From positions 4,318 to 68,317 of the forward strand of contig JBBDRM010000096.1 in assembly GCA_040905475.1 (NCBI GenBank): a stretch of DNA of 64,000 nucleotides, in the 5' to 3' direction. The position numbers and the translations under genes were made by a program. The notes under the pieces are model-generated. The model saw nothing but the letters and a program-made list of their open reading frames with translations, was not told the origin of the DNA and did not search any database. Shown here piece by piece: positions 36,131 through 45,477 of the stretch (positions are counted from its first letter, which is position 1; the number at the start of each line of letters is the position of its first letter). This DNA is from Actinomycetota bacterium. GTDB taxonomy: Bacteria > Actinomycetota > AC-67.

Positions 36131-37228
36131 ATGGAGATCACGCTGTCGATCATCAAGGCCGACACCGGCGGGTTCGTCGGTCACACCGAGGTCCACCCCG
36201 ACATGATCAAGGTCGCGACCGAGCGTGCGGCCGGCGCGGTCGAGACCGGACTGCTGATCGACGCGCAGGTCAATCGCGTCGGCGACGACCTCGCGCTCAT
36301 CATGACGCACACGCGCGGCGCCGACAGCCGGTTGGTGCACGAGTTCGCCTGGCAAGTGTTCCTGGCAACGACCGAGGTCGCGAAGGGCCTCGGCCTCTAC
36401 GGGGCGGGACAGGACCTGCTTTCGGACGCCTTCAGCGGGAACCTGCGTGGGATGGGTCCGGGCTACGCGGAGATGGTCTTCGAGGAGCGTCAGAGCGAGC
36501 CCGTGGTCATCTTCCTCGCCGACAAGACCGAGCCGGGTGCCTTCAACTATCCGCTGGCCAAGATGTTCGCCGACCCGTTCGCGAGCTCCGGCCTCGTGAT
36601 CGACACCAAGATGCACGACGGATTCGCGTTCGAGGTACTCGACCTAAAGGCAAGTCAGGTCGTTCGACTGGAGACGCCGGAGGACTATTACGACCTGCTG
36701 ATGCTGATCGGCGCGCCGCACCGGTACGTGATCCGGCGGATCTGGTCGCGTGCGCTCAACATCGTCGCCGCGGCGACCTCGACGCAACGGCTGTCGCTCA
36801 TCGCCGGGCGCTACGTCGGCAAGGACGATCCGGTGATGGCGGTTCGCTGCCAGAGCGGGCTACCCGCGGTCGGCGAGGTGCTCGACCCGTTCGCGTTCCC
36901 GCACCTCGTCGGCGGGTGGATGCGCGGGTCGCACTTCGGGCCGCTGATGCCGACGTCGGTCGAGGATGCGACGCCGTCGCGTTTCGACGGGCCGCCCCGC
37001 ATCGTCGCGCTCGGCTTCCAGATCCACGAGGGGCACCTGGTCGGTCCGCGCGACATGTTCGGGGACCCGGGGTTCGATCGGGCTCGGCAGACCGCGCTCG
37101 AGGCAGCCGACTACATGAGGCGCATGGGCCCCTTCGAGCCGCACCGGCTCGGCCTTGACGAGCTCGAATACACGACGATGCCGGAGCTCATGAAGCGCTT
37201 ACAGGCCCGGTGGCAGCCGGAAACCTGA
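36131..37228 (+). CDS. fbp: fructose-1,6-bisphosphate aldolase/phosphatase (class V FBPase, archaeal type)
   Basis: MEITLSIIKADTGGFVGH..., GAGQDLLSDAFSGNLRGMGPG, length 365 aa. Confidence 0.9.
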   Translation: MEITLSIIKADTGGFVGHTEVHPDMIKVATERAAGAVETGLLIDAQVNRVGDDLALIMTHTRGADSRLVHEFAWQVFLATTEVAKGLGLYGAGQDLLSDAFSGNLRGMGPGYAEMVFEERQSEPVVIFLADKTEPGAFNYPLAKMFADPFASSGLVIDTKMHDGFAFEVLDLKASQVVRLETPEDYYDLLMLIGAPHRYVIRRIWSRALNIVAAATSTQRLSLIAGRYVGKDDPVMAVRCQSGLPAVGEVLDPFAFPHLVGGWMRGSHFGPLMPTSVEDATPSRFDGPPRIVALGFQIHEGHLVGPRDMFGDPGFDRARQTALEAADYMRRMGPFEPHRLGLDELEYTTMPELMKRLQARWQPET

Positions 37229-37246
37229 ACGAGGGAGGTGAGCGGG

Positions 37247-37387
37247 ATGAACGTCAAGAGATGGATCGCGATCCTGGCGGCTGCCGCAGCCGCGTTAGCG
37301 ATCCTCCGGTGGTGGGATCGCCGGCGGAAGGCCGAAGAAGACCTCGGGTTCGAAGCCGAGGGGCGGAGGGCGGCGGAAGCCGCGTGA
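37247..37387 (+). CDS. 46-aa single-TM micro-protein (MNVKRWIAILAAAAAALAILRWWDRRRKAEEDLGFEAEGRRAAEAA)
   Basis: Own translation. GAGGGAGG RBS 7 nt upstream. Confidence 0.4.
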   Translation: MNVKRWIAILAAAAAALAILRWWDRRRKAEEDLGFEAEGRRAAEAA

Positions 37388-37421
37388 CGCTGGAGCATCA
37401 CAACGACAGAAGGGAGGTGTC

Positions 37422-37910
37422 ATGTCTACCGTCACCGAGTACCTCGCTGATCGTGAGGTTGAGTTCCTGGCCTTCGATCACACGCGCACGGAGACGGCGA
37501 TCCAGGAGGCGCGGACGCTCGGCGTGGCTTCCGGGGAGGTGGCGAAGACGATCGTGCTCGACACGTCGGTGGGGCACGCGCTCGCGGTGATCCCCGCGTC
37601 GCGGCGTCTCGACACGAAGCGCGCCGCCGACGCGATGGGAGACCGGCACGTGAGGCTCGCCACCGAGGCGGAGATCGCGAAGGACTTCGCAGACTACCAA
37701 CTCGGCGCGATCCCCCCGCTCGCCGGGTTGCTTGGGATCCCGCTCTACGTCGACGAAGAGCTTGCCCGTCACGAGAGCGTCGTCTTCGCGTCGGGAAAGC
37801 AGACGGAGTCGGTGAAGATGCGCACGGCGGACCTGCTCGCGGATCAGAAGGTCACGATCGTGCCCCTGTGCGAGCGCGAGGCGACCTTCGACGAGGACTG
37901 GATGGAGTAA
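37422..37910 (+). CDS. YbaK/EbsC-family aminoacyl-tRNA deacylase-like protein
   Basis: VAKTIVL...AVIPASRRLD ... LGAIPPL. Confidence 0.8.
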   Translation: MSTVTEYLADREVEFLAFDHTRTETAIQEARTLGVASGEVAKTIVLDTSVGHALAVIPASRRLDTKRAADAMGDRHVRLATEAEIAKDFADYQLGAIPPLAGLLGIPLYVDEELARHESVVFASGKQTESVKMRTADLLADQKVTIVPLCEREATFDEDWME

Positions 37911-37955
37911 GTCACCGGTCCGGAGAGGATTGGATGGTGCAGGCGCACGCCGGGC

Positions 37956-39125
37956 TTGCGCGTCCTGACGGCACCGTTCGACGCTCTCAAATCGGGCAAA
38001 GCGTCCCCAGGTCGGCCATGGGAGCTGCTTGCCCCGGCCTGTAGAATCGTCGCTGCGCAAGCGCGGAGGATTCATGGCGGATCGGCTGGGGGCCTCGTCC
38101 GCATCGTCGCGCGGCGGAGCCGCACGCTGGTCGACGCATCCGTCGCGAGCGTCGTGACCCCGGAGCTCGGGGACGAGTTGCTCGTCGTGAGGGTGGCCGA
38201 CGGCGAGCACGCGTCGGAGCTCGAGGGCATGCGCTTCCCAGCGAACGAGTCGATCTCCGGAGTGGTCATGCGCTCACAGGAGACGCTGATCCTCACCGAC
38301 GTGTCTGCCGACCCCCGGGTGCATCAGCCTGTCGTGAAGACGGCCTCGGTCGGTCCCGCGATCTTCGCCCCGCTCGCCGTCGCGGATCGCGTCTTCGGCA
38401 CCCTTCTGATCGGGCGCCCCGTGGAGGCGCAGCCGTTTCTCGACGAGGAGCGTTCGGTGATCGAGCTGTTCGCCTCGCAGGCGGCGATCGCTCTGGAGCA
38501 TGCGCGCTTCCAGAACGAGCTCCACCGGCTGGCCGTGCTCGAGGATCGCGAGCGCATCGGCCGCGAGCTGCACGACGGCGCCATCCAGTCGCTGTTCGCG
38601 GCCGGCATGAAGCTCCAGTCGGCCGTCAGTGCCGGCGGCGCCGACGCCTGGCAGCGCGTCGAGCAGGCGGTGGGCGACATCGACCACGTCATCGGGGACC
38701 TGAGGAGCTACATCTTCGGCCTGCGGCCCGGAGTTGCGGCGCGGGCCGGGACCGCCGAGGCGCTGCGCCGGCTGGGACAGGAGCTGCAGGACAGCTCGGG
38801 CGTCGTCGCGGTCATCGACATCGATCCCGAGGCGGCGGCCCGGATCGAGCCGGCCGACCACGTCGTGCAGTTCGTGCGCGAGGCCCTGTCGAACGTGGGA
38901 CGGCACGCGCGCGCGACCACCTGCAGGCTCTTCGTCGGCAGGGTCGGCGACGGCGTGCTGGTCGAGATCGATGACGACGGCGACGGGTTCCACCCGGACG
39001 ACCGGATTGGGGCGGGGCAGGGGCTCCCGAACCTTCATGAGCGCGCCGCCGCCCTCGGAGCCAGGCTCGAGATCGACTCCGGTCCAGGCAGGGGGACGAC
39101 GGTCCGAGCGACGATTCCCGGCTGA
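37956..39125 (+). CDS. GAF-domain sensor histidine kinase (HisKA_3/NarL-partner type, DevS-like); start uncertain
   Basis: GAF region, H-box RERIGRELHDGAIQSLF, HATPase EALSNVGRHARA, DDGDGF, GQGLPNLHERA. Confidence 0.85.
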   Translation: MRVLTAPFDALKSGKASPGRPWELLAPACRIVAAQARRIHGGSAGGLVRIVARRSRTLVDASVASVVTPELGDELLVVRVADGEHASELEGMRFPANESISGVVMRSQETLILTDVSADPRVHQPVVKTASVGPAIFAPLAVADRVFGTLLIGRPVEAQPFLDEERSVIELFASQAAIALEHARFQNELHRLAVLEDRERIGRELHDGAIQSLFAAGMKLQSAVSAGGADAWQRVEQAVGDIDHVIGDLRSYIFGLRPGVAARAGTAEALRRLGQELQDSSGVVAVIDIDPEAAARIEPADHVVQFVREALSNVGRHARATTCRLFVGRVGDGVLVEIDDDGDGFHPDDRIGAGQGLPNLHERAAALGARLEIDSGPGRGTTVRATIPG

Positions 39126-39161
39126 CCCCGGTCGCCCGGCCGGCCGTCGGACCTCTCCGTG

Positions 39162-39178
39162 AGGGGCTCTTGGCCCCT
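39162..39178. promoter_or_regulatory. DevR/DosR-type box candidate AGGGGCTCTTGGCCCCT (17 nt)
   Basis: About 100 nt upstream of 39279. Confidence 0.4.
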
Positions 39179-39278
39179 ATCCGCCCTTTGGCCCGCGGAC
39201 GAGACTGAACCCGACGGACGAGATGAAGACACACGTCAAGGACGCGCCCGCGAGAGCGGGGGAGGAGAGGAGGACGTC

Positions 39279-39464
39279 ATGGCAACCGCCACCAAGACGA
39301 AGCGGACGGCGAAGAAGCCGGCCGGAGCCGAAGTCGGCAAGAAGGTCCTGACCGCCGCGTTCGGCGCGCTCGAGACAGCCGGCAGGCGGATCACGAAGTT
39401 CGCCCACGAGAGCAAGAAAAAGCTCTCGACGAACGGACACAAGACGAAGGCGAAGGCTACGTAG
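39279..39464 (+). CDS. small Lys/Ala-rich basic protein
   Basis: 61 aa: MATATKTKRTAKKPAGAEVGKK... GGAGGAGAGGAGG RBS. Confidence 0.5.
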   Translation: MATATKTKRTAKKPAGAEVGKKVLTAAFGALETAGRRITKFAHESKKKLSTNGHKTKAKAT

Positions 39465-39489
39465 CCGACCCGGAGACCGGAGCTCGCCG

Positions 39490-40824
39490 ATGCCGGGAGC
39501 GCTTCTCACCGATCTCTACGAGCTGACGATGGCGGCGAGCTACCTCCGCCGCGGGATGGAGGGGCCGGCCATGTTCAGCCTGTTCGCGCGCCGCCTCCCC
39601 GCGAACCGTGGCTTCCTCGTCGCCACCGGCCTCGAAGATTGCCTGACGTTCCTCGAGTCCTTCTCGTTCGAGGACGCCGACATCGAATACTTGCGGCGGT
39701 CTCAGGGATTCGACGAGGCGACGCTGCGTGCGTTCCGGGAGATGCGGTTCACCGGCGACGTGTGGGCCGTGCCCGAGGGCCGCGTCGTCTTCGCCGACGA
39801 GCCGCTGGTCGAGGTGACCGGTCCGATCGCCGAAGCCCAGCTCGTCGAAACGGTCCTGCTGAACCACATCACGTTCCAGACGACGGTGGCGACGAAGGCC
39901 GCGCGCTGCGTGCTGGCCGCGCGCGGCAGGGATCTGGTCGACTTCTCCTTCCGCCGCACGCACGGAATCGAGGCGGGGATGGCCGTCGCGCGCGCCTCCG
40001 CGATGGTCGGCTTCGTCGCGACGAGCAACGTCGAAGCCGCACGGCGCTACGGGCTTCGCGCGGCGGGAACGATGGCCCACTCCTACGTGGAAGCCTTCCC
40101 GCTCGAGATCGAGGCGTTCCGCGCCTTCGCGGAGGACTTCCCCGACCGGACGACGTTCCTGGTCGATACCTACGACACGCCGGCGGGCGTGCGCGCGGCC
40201 GCTCGTGTGATCGTGGAGCTCGGACTGACCGAACGGCTCGCCGTGCGGCTCGACAGTGGCGACCTTGCCGCTCTCGCGCGAGAGGCCCGGCGCATCCTCG
40301 ACGAGGCCGGCCTGCCCTCGTGTCGCATCCTCGCCAGCGGGGGGCTCGACGAGTACGACATCGACGAGATGCTGGCCGGCGGCGCGCCGATCGATGCCTT
40401 CGGCGTCGGCACCAAGTTGGGAACCTCCGCCGACGCGGCGTCGCTCGACTCGGCCTACAAGCTCGTGCAGTACGGCGACCGGCCGGTGCTGAAGCTCTCC
40501 TCCGGCAAGGCGACCGCCCCCGGCCCCAAGCAGGTCTTCCGCGCCGAGGGCATGCGCGACGTCGTCGCGTTGCGCTCGGAGCCTGCGCCCCCCGGCGCGC
40601 GTGCGCTCCTCGAGCCGGTGATGCGGCGCGGCCGGCGCCTCGGGCCGCCTGGGACGATCACGGCGGCACGGGAGCGATTCGAGGCGGATCTGGCGACGCT
40701 GCCCCCGGACGCTCGGCGCCTCCGGGATCCGGACCCACCGAGGGCCCGGTTCTCCGAGGCGCTGCTCGATCTGACCGCGGTCCTGAAGCAGCGAGCCGCC
40801 GAGAGTGCGGACTTGCCCGGGTAG
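39490..40824 (+). CDS. pncB: nicotinate phosphoribosyltransferase
   Basis: LLTDLYELTMAASY, FSFRRTHG, GTMAHSYV, VRLDSGDL, GVGTKL. Confidence 0.9.
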   Translation: MPGALLTDLYELTMAASYLRRGMEGPAMFSLFARRLPANRGFLVATGLEDCLTFLESFSFEDADIEYLRRSQGFDEATLRAFREMRFTGDVWAVPEGRVVFADEPLVEVTGPIAEAQLVETVLLNHITFQTTVATKAARCVLAARGRDLVDFSFRRTHGIEAGMAVARASAMVGFVATSNVEAARRYGLRAAGTMAHSYVEAFPLEIEAFRAFAEDFPDRTTFLVDTYDTPAGVRAAARVIVELGLTERLAVRLDSGDLAALAREARRILDEAGLPSCRILASGGLDEYDIDEMLAGGAPIDAFGVGTKLGTSADAASLDSAYKLVQYGDRPVLKLSSGKATAPGPKQVFRAEGMRDVVALRSEPAPPGARALLEPVMRRGRRLGPPGTITAARERFEADLATLPPDARRLRDPDPPRARFSEALLDLTAVLKQRAAESADLPG

Positions 40825-40862
40825 CTCGAGCCGCCCCGACGGGTCACGGCGCCCCCCGGCTC

Positions 40863-40878
40863 CGGGCCCTTCGACCCT
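40863..40878. promoter_or_regulatory. DevR/DosR-type box candidate CGGGCCCTTCGACCCT
   Basis: 35 nt upstream of ATG 40913. Confidence 0.35.
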
Positions 40879-40912
40879 AGGTGGGAACGCTGGGCGCGGG
40901 AACGATGGACGC

Positions 40913-41818
40913 ATGGAATTCGCGCTGCCGACCGCCCTGGCCGCCCTGGTCCTGATCCTTCTGTACTGGCGCGCGTGCCGGCACGGCCGCCGAACTGCGG
41001 CGCCCGGGCTGGAGGCGAGGCCTGCGGCGCGCGTGACGGTCGTGCTCGACGTGGGGGACGCCGAGCCGGGAAGCGAGAGCGTGCGCAGGCTGGTCCACGA
41101 GGCGGCCTCGCGTGCGCGCGCCGGCCGTCCGGAGATCACCGAGATCGAGGTCCTCGGCCGGACCGGGAAGCTGCTCGAACGCGTCTCCTCCGCCCCTCCG
41201 GAGCAACACCTGGTGAGCTTCCCGTCGATATCCCTGCTCGAACCGCGCGCGCGCCATCGAACGCCGGAGCCGCCAGGTGGACTGGAGGACGAGCTGCACC
41301 CCACGGTGATCCCGCGGTTCGAGCCTCGTGAGCGGCCGGCGCCGAAGCGCCCCCTCGCGGATTCCTTCGACCTGCCCGAACCGGTGCAAAGCCGGATCCG
41401 GGACCGGGATGATCCGATCGACATCGTGCGCGCGATCCTCGATGCGGCGGGCTTGCGCGTCGAGGTGGCGGGGGACGTCGTGCAGAGCGGCGACACGGCG
41501 ATCGTGGTTCTGCCGCACACGCACGAGTATCCAGCGGATGCGCTGAATCATGCCTTCTTGCGGTTCCGCGAGAGCGGCGCCTTATCGGGGTTCGTCGTGA
41601 GTCTCGGCCTCATGGATCCGGGTGACGTGCGCAGGAGGGAGTTGCTCGCGCCCGAGTTCCGCCACGCGGGCCGTGAAGCGATCCAGCGGATGGGCGACGC
41701 CGTGGCGGTCGGATCGAACCCGCTCGCGTTCGCCTTCGGGCCGGCCGTCCTTCCCGAAGCCGTCAAGCAGGGAGGAAATGGTGGAGACGTTCACGGTCGC
41801 GGTCGACAAGCCGGATGA
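40913..41818 (+). CDS. hypothetical membrane-anchored protein
   Basis: N-terminal TM (MEFALPTALAALVLILLYW), no recognised domain. The 3' end overlaps the next gene by 41 nt, so the true end is uncertain. Confidence 0.45.
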   Translation: MEFALPTALAALVLILLYWRACRHGRRTAAPGLEARPAARVTVVLDVGDAEPGSESVRRLVHEAASRARAGRPEITEIEVLGRTGKLLERVSSAPPEQHLVSFPSISLLEPRARHRTPEPPGGLEDELHPTVIPRFEPRERPAPKRPLADSFDLPEPVQSRIRDRDDPIDIVRAILDAAGLRVEVAGDVVQSGDTAIVVLPHTHEYPADALNHAFLRFRESGALSGFVVSLGLMDPGDVRRRELLAPEFRHAGREAIQRMGDAVAVGSNPLAFAFGPAVLPEAVKQGGNGGDVHGRGRQAG

Positions 41819-42263
41819 CCTCAACGTCATCCTCGGCCAGGCGCATTTCATCAAGACGGTCGAGGATCTCTACGAGGCGCTCGCGGGGAGTTCGCCGCAC
41901 CTCAAGTTCGGCCTCGCCTTCTGCGAGTCGTCGGGTCCGCGGCTGGTACGGCGCGCGGGCAATGACGCGGAACTCGTGGACCTAGCGGTACGCAACGCGC
42001 TCGCGATCGGTGCGGGACACAGCTTCGTCGTCTTCGTCCGCGAGGGATATCCGGTGAACGTGCTCAACCAGGTGAAGCTCGTGCCCGAGGTTTGCCGCAT
42101 CTTCTGCGCCACCGCCAACCCGGTCGAGGTCGTGGTCGCCGAGACGGAGAGCCGGCGCGGGATCCTGGGCGTGATCGACGGAGCGGCGCCGCTCGGCGTC
42201 GAGACGGCGGAGGACGAGCGCGAGCGCAAGGAGCTGCTGCGCGCGATCGGCTACAAGCTCTGA
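41778..42263 (+). CDS. adenosine-specific kinase family protein (PF04008-like)
   Basis: NVILGQAHFIKTVEDLYEAL, KFGLAFCESSGPRLVR, CATANPVEVVVAE, GILGVIDG. GGAGG RBS. Confidence 0.8.
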   Translation: MVETFTVAVDKPDDLNVILGQAHFIKTVEDLYEALAGSSPHLKFGLAFCESSGPRLVRRAGNDAELVDLAVRNALAIGAGHSFVVFVREGYPVNVLNQVKLVPEVCRIFCATANPVEVVVAETESRRGILGVIDGAAPLGVETAEDERERKELLRAIGYKL

Positions 42264-42279
42264 CCGAGAGGAGGAAGCG

Positions 42280-42489
42280 ATGAAGGCGAAGGTAGGAGAC
42301 CGGTTGGTCATCAAGGGACACCACATCGGGGAGCCCGTGCGCGACGGCGAGATCTTGGAGGTTCGGGGACCCGACGGGGGACCGCCGTATCTCGTCCGGT
42401 GGGAGGATGGCCATGTCGGGCTCGTCTTCCCAGGTTCGGACGCGGACGTCGAGCACTTCGAGAAGCACCCTGCGGCGGTTGCCCGCTGA
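42280..42489 (+). CDS. DUF1918-like small protein
   Basis: MKAKVGDRLVIKGHHIGEPVRDGEILEVRGPDGGPPYLVRWEDGH. Confidence 0.7.
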   Translation: MKAKVGDRLVIKGHHIGEPVRDGEILEVRGPDGGPPYLVRWEDGHVGLVFPGSDADVEHFEKHPAAVAR

Positions 42490-42490
42490 G

Positions 42491-43012
42491 GTGAAGCAAC
42501 CCCGCGTGACCGTGGCGCCTCCTGCGGTCCATCCGAAGACCCTCGACGAGGAGCTGCTTTCCTGGCCGCTCCCCGAGGCCGCCGCGGATGAACCGGAACG
42601 GGTCGCACGGATCTCGGCCGAGATCTCGCGGGGGTTCCGTATCCTGGCGCAGATCGGCCCGGCGGTGTTCATGTTCGGATCGACGCGGACCCCGGTCCGT
42701 CACCCCGACTACGCGTTCGCCCGCCAGGGGCCGGCCGAGATCAGCGGAGCAGGGTTCGCGATCATCACGGGAGCGGGACCCGGCATCATGGAAGCGGCGA
42801 ACCGCGGCGCGCGCGACGCCGGGGCGCTCTCTGTCGGCCTCAACATCGAGCTCCCGGACCCCCAGCGAATCAACCCGTACGTGGACCTGGTCCTGAGCTT
42901 CCGCTATTTCTTCGCCCGCAAGCTCATGTTCGTGCGCTACGCGTCCGCGTTCGTCTTCTTCCCCGGCGGGTCCGACGCTGGATGCGCCAGCGGAACGGCG
43001 TCTCCTCGATGA
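42491..43012 (+). pseudogene. LOG-family (TIGR00730, cytokinin riboside 5'-monophosphate phosphoribohydrolase-like) gene truncated at the PGG motif
   Basis: FGSTRTP, ITGAGPGIMEAANRGA, FRYFFARK, FFPGG, then unrelated SDAGCASGTASPR-stop. The expected GxGTxxE and about 70 C-terminal residues are missing in all three frames. Confidence 0.6.
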
Positions 43013-43081
43013 GTTCCAGGGTGCCGGGCTTCGCGTGTGGCGCCGGGGCATCGGGGCGCGAGGCCGCCGGAGAGCCGGGGC

Positions 43082-43378
43082 TCACGGGTCCCGCCTCGCT
43101 TCCCTCCGCGCGAGGAGCCACGCGAGCGCGCGGCGGTCGGTCTGCAAGGCGACGCCGTAGGCGATCAGGCCGCAGCCTCTGACGTCAGGATCGTGGAAGA
43201 GGCAGGTCTCCTCGTCGCAAGTCGGATCGTCGAGGAGGCGGGTCGCCCAAACGCTCGTGGGATCCCACAGCTCCTTGCGCTCTAGCTTGCAGGCCGGGAA
43301 CCCACCGCGCCGGGCGCCATCCGACCGAGCCTTGATCAGAGCGTCGCGCTCCCGGAGGACCTCCGCCGGTGAACGCAT
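43082..43378 (-). CDS. small Cys-rich protein (paralog of 32660-32917)
   Basis: LLDDPTCDEETCLFHDPDVRGC aligns with LLEPECGDEQCFYYDPAAGAC. Confidence 0.5.
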   Translation of the reverse strand: MRSPAEVLRERDALIKARSDGARRGGFPACKLERKELWDPTSVWATRLLDDPTCDEETCLFHDPDVRGCGLIAYGVALQTDRRALAWLLARREARRDP

Positions 43379-43383
43379 CCCAG

Positions 43384-43851
43384 TCACCTCGCCCGGGTGG
43401 GGTGTTCGTGCCATGCGCTTGCCTGCGCCGTTGCTAAGACGTGGATCGCCCCATCGACGTCGCAGACTGCGGCGAGGGTGTTGTAGATCGTTCCGTGCCC
43501 CTTGATGTTTCGGTGGAGCAAGTCGACCCGTTGCGCATCCTCATCGGTAACGATCGTCAACACGTAGCGGATTCTCGTCATGCGCGGTGGTGCGTCTTGG
43601 CGTTCGCTGGTGACGTGGATGCGGGCGTGCTCGTATCGGAACGGCAAGATCTCGGAGAAACGTTCGACGTTCTTCAGGATGCATGCGGCGAAGGCTGCCG
43701 TCATCAGGTCGGCTGGTCCGGGGAGATCCTGGGCTTGGGTCGCGGAGGCGTCGAACCGGATCGTCCTTCCGTTCGTGGTGGCCTGTGCGGCTCCGCCGCG
43801 CGTGGATTCAGCATCGACGTCGTAACGGTGCGGAGTCTGGGTGGGTGTCAT
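43384..43851 (-). CDS. OsmC/Ohr-family peroxiredoxin-like protein
   Basis: GPADLMTAAFAACILKNV ... typical length. Confidence 0.8.
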   Translation of the reverse strand: MTPTQTPHRYDVDAESTRGGAAQATTNGRTIRFDASATQAQDLPGPADLMTAAFAACILKNVERFSEILPFRYEHARIHVTSERQDAPPRMTRIRYVLTIVTDEDAQRVDLLHRNIKGHGTIYNTLAAVCDVDGAIHVLATAQASAWHEHPTRAR

Positions 43852-44225
43852 GATGCGACTCCTGCGGTTTTGAGATGCTTGTCTTCGAACTGGTCGAGCG
43901 CCTCGAGCGCTTGGGCGCCGTAGACGAGGGCGGGGCCGCCGCCCATCATGACTGCTACGCCGATCGTCTCGAGCACTTCGTCGCGGCTGGCGCCGGCCTC
44001 GAGCGCGTCATGCACGTGGTAGGCCACGCAGCCGTCGCAGTGGGCGGTGATCGATATGCCGATGGAGATGAGTTCCTTGGTCTTGGTGTCGAGCGCGCCC
44101 GGGCGCAGCGATTCGGTGTGCAGGCGGAAGAAGCTTCCGATGGCTGCGGGAAGTTCTGCGCGCAGTTGTGCGATCAGCTCGTTGAGGTGCGCGTGGTAGG
44201 CGGGGAAGTCGGTGGTCTGGCTCAT
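43848..44225 (-). CDS. carboxymuconolactone decarboxylase / AhpD-like protein (CxxC)
   Basis: LDTKTKELISIGISITAHCDGCVAYH. GGAGGTG RBS before MSQTT. Confidence 0.85.
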   Translation of the reverse strand: MSQTTDFPAYHAHLNELIAQLRAELPAAIGSFFRLHTESLRPGALDTKTKELISIGISITAHCDGCVAYHVHDALEAGASRDEVLETIGVAVMMGGGPALVYGAQALEALDQFEDKHLKTAGVAS

Positions 44226-44342
44226 GACACACCTCCATGTGTGGTGCCCGTGGGCGAAGGGCTTCCTCGAAGATCGGTCGCCATCACGCACCTCCGGTGC
44301 GGCCGGACTCCTCCAGCCTCCCTCTCGCCTGCCGGGATCGGA

Positions 44343-44358
44343 AGGGTCCTTGGGCCCT
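44343..44358. promoter_or_regulatory. DevR/DosR-type box candidate AGGGTCCTTGGGCCCT
   Basis: In the divergent gap between 44225 (-) and the CBS-BON gene at 44566 (+). Confidence 0.45.
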
Positions 44359-44565
44359 GCTTGGGCGGGGCGTTCGAGCGCTCTGCCGCGCGAGTTCGCC
44401 GGGGCCGGCTCGCCACGGGGCCATCGACCCGGAGGAGGCGGGCCTGTCGCCCCTGAGAGCTACGGCCGGCCCCGGCTAGATTGAGGCTGTTCCGAGAGGT
44501 AGAGGAAAGCCTATGGAGGTGGACCAAAGCCACTCGGAACATCCATTTCAGCGTTTGGAGGGCCG

Positions 44566-45207
44566 ATGCGAGCCAGGGAGATCATGACCGCCCCGGTCGT
44601 CACGGTGCGGCACGAGACTCCGGTCAAGGAAGCCGCGGCGCTCCTCGTGCAGCACGGCATCAACGCGATGCCGGTCACCGACGAGAAGACCGGCATCGTC
44701 GGCATCGTCTCAGAGCGTGACCTGCTCCCGCTGGAGACCGAACCGGATCCGCGTCTCCACGTCATCGTGCCGCGGAGCCGCCCGCACGTTCCCGCGACGG
44801 TCGCCGAGGTCATGACCCGGGAGGTCGTCACGATGGCGGAGGAATCGGACGTGGCCGACGTTGCGCGCGCGATGCTCGACGCGCACGTGAAGCAGGTCCC
44901 GATCGTCTCCTCGGGCAAGGTCGTCGGGATCATCGCGCGGCGGGATCTCCTGCGGATCCTTGCCCGCGACGACACGGCGATCGAGGCCGACGTGCAGGCG
45001 ATGCTCGACGGGTCCACCGGGGTGATCGGAGCGTTCCGTGCCCGTGTCTCCGGCGGCGTCGTGACGCTCGACGGTCCGCCGGACGAGAGGGATCGGAGGC
45101 TCGCCGAACGGCTCGCGCGGTGCGTTCCCGGTGTGGTCGCCGCCGTCTTCGCCGACGAGTCGCCGCCGCCGGTGACCGCTCCACCGGCGAGGGCCGCCGG
45201 TAAGTAG
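44566..45207 (+). CDS. CBS-pair plus BON domain protein
   Basis: Two CBS repeats, then VSGGVVTLDGPPDERDRRLAERLARCVPGVVAV. Confidence 0.85.
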   Translation: MRAREIMTAPVVTVRHETPVKEAAALLVQHGINAMPVTDEKTGIVGIVSERDLLPLETEPDPRLHVIVPRSRPHVPATVAEVMTREVVTMAEESDVADVARAMLDAHVKQVPIVSSGKVVGIIARRDLLRILARDDTAIEADVQAMLDGSTGVIGAFRARVSGGVVTLDGPPDERDRRLAERLARCVPGVVAAVFADESPPPVTAPPARAAGK

Positions 45208-45216
45208 TGGTCGGAG

Positions 45217-45477
45217 TTACGCCTCGGTCGCGGTAGCCAGCGCCGCGAAGATGTAGTCGATGCAGGCGTCGAGCGTTTCGATCTTCGGGTAATCGCGCTC
45301 CGGGACGTCCACGCTGATCTCCTGCTGGATCCCGGAGACGAAGTTGAGGAAGTCCATCGAGTCGAGGTCGAACTGCTCCTGCATCGACCGCCCCGGGTCG
45401 ATCCCCTCGAGGTCGGCCTCAGGTGCGACCTGCCCGAGGATTCGCAGGACGGCTTGGCGGATCTCGTCTCTGGTCAT
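45217..45477 (-). CDS. acyl carrier protein-like (phosphopantetheine attachment DLDSMD)
   Basis: 86 aa: [19 protein letters not shown]...[15 protein letters not shown]. Confidence 0.7.
   Translation of the reverse strand: MTRDEIRQAVLRILGQVAPEADLEGIDPGRSMQEQFDLDSMDFLNFVSGIQQEISVDVPERDYPKIETLDACIDYIFAALATATEA

Noticed and set aside
39457-41520. 687-aa minus-strand ORF, among the longest in the window.
   Set aside because: It is antisense to pncB and the following gene, with low-complexity Arg/Gly/Pro/Ser composition.
42924-43121. Minus-strand ORF containing KPGTLELIEE, which resembles the missing LOG GxGTxxE motif in inverted orientation (possible small inversion).
   Set aside because: Similarity is limited to about 6 residues and the surrounding sequence does not continue as LOG. 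This is probably coincidence.
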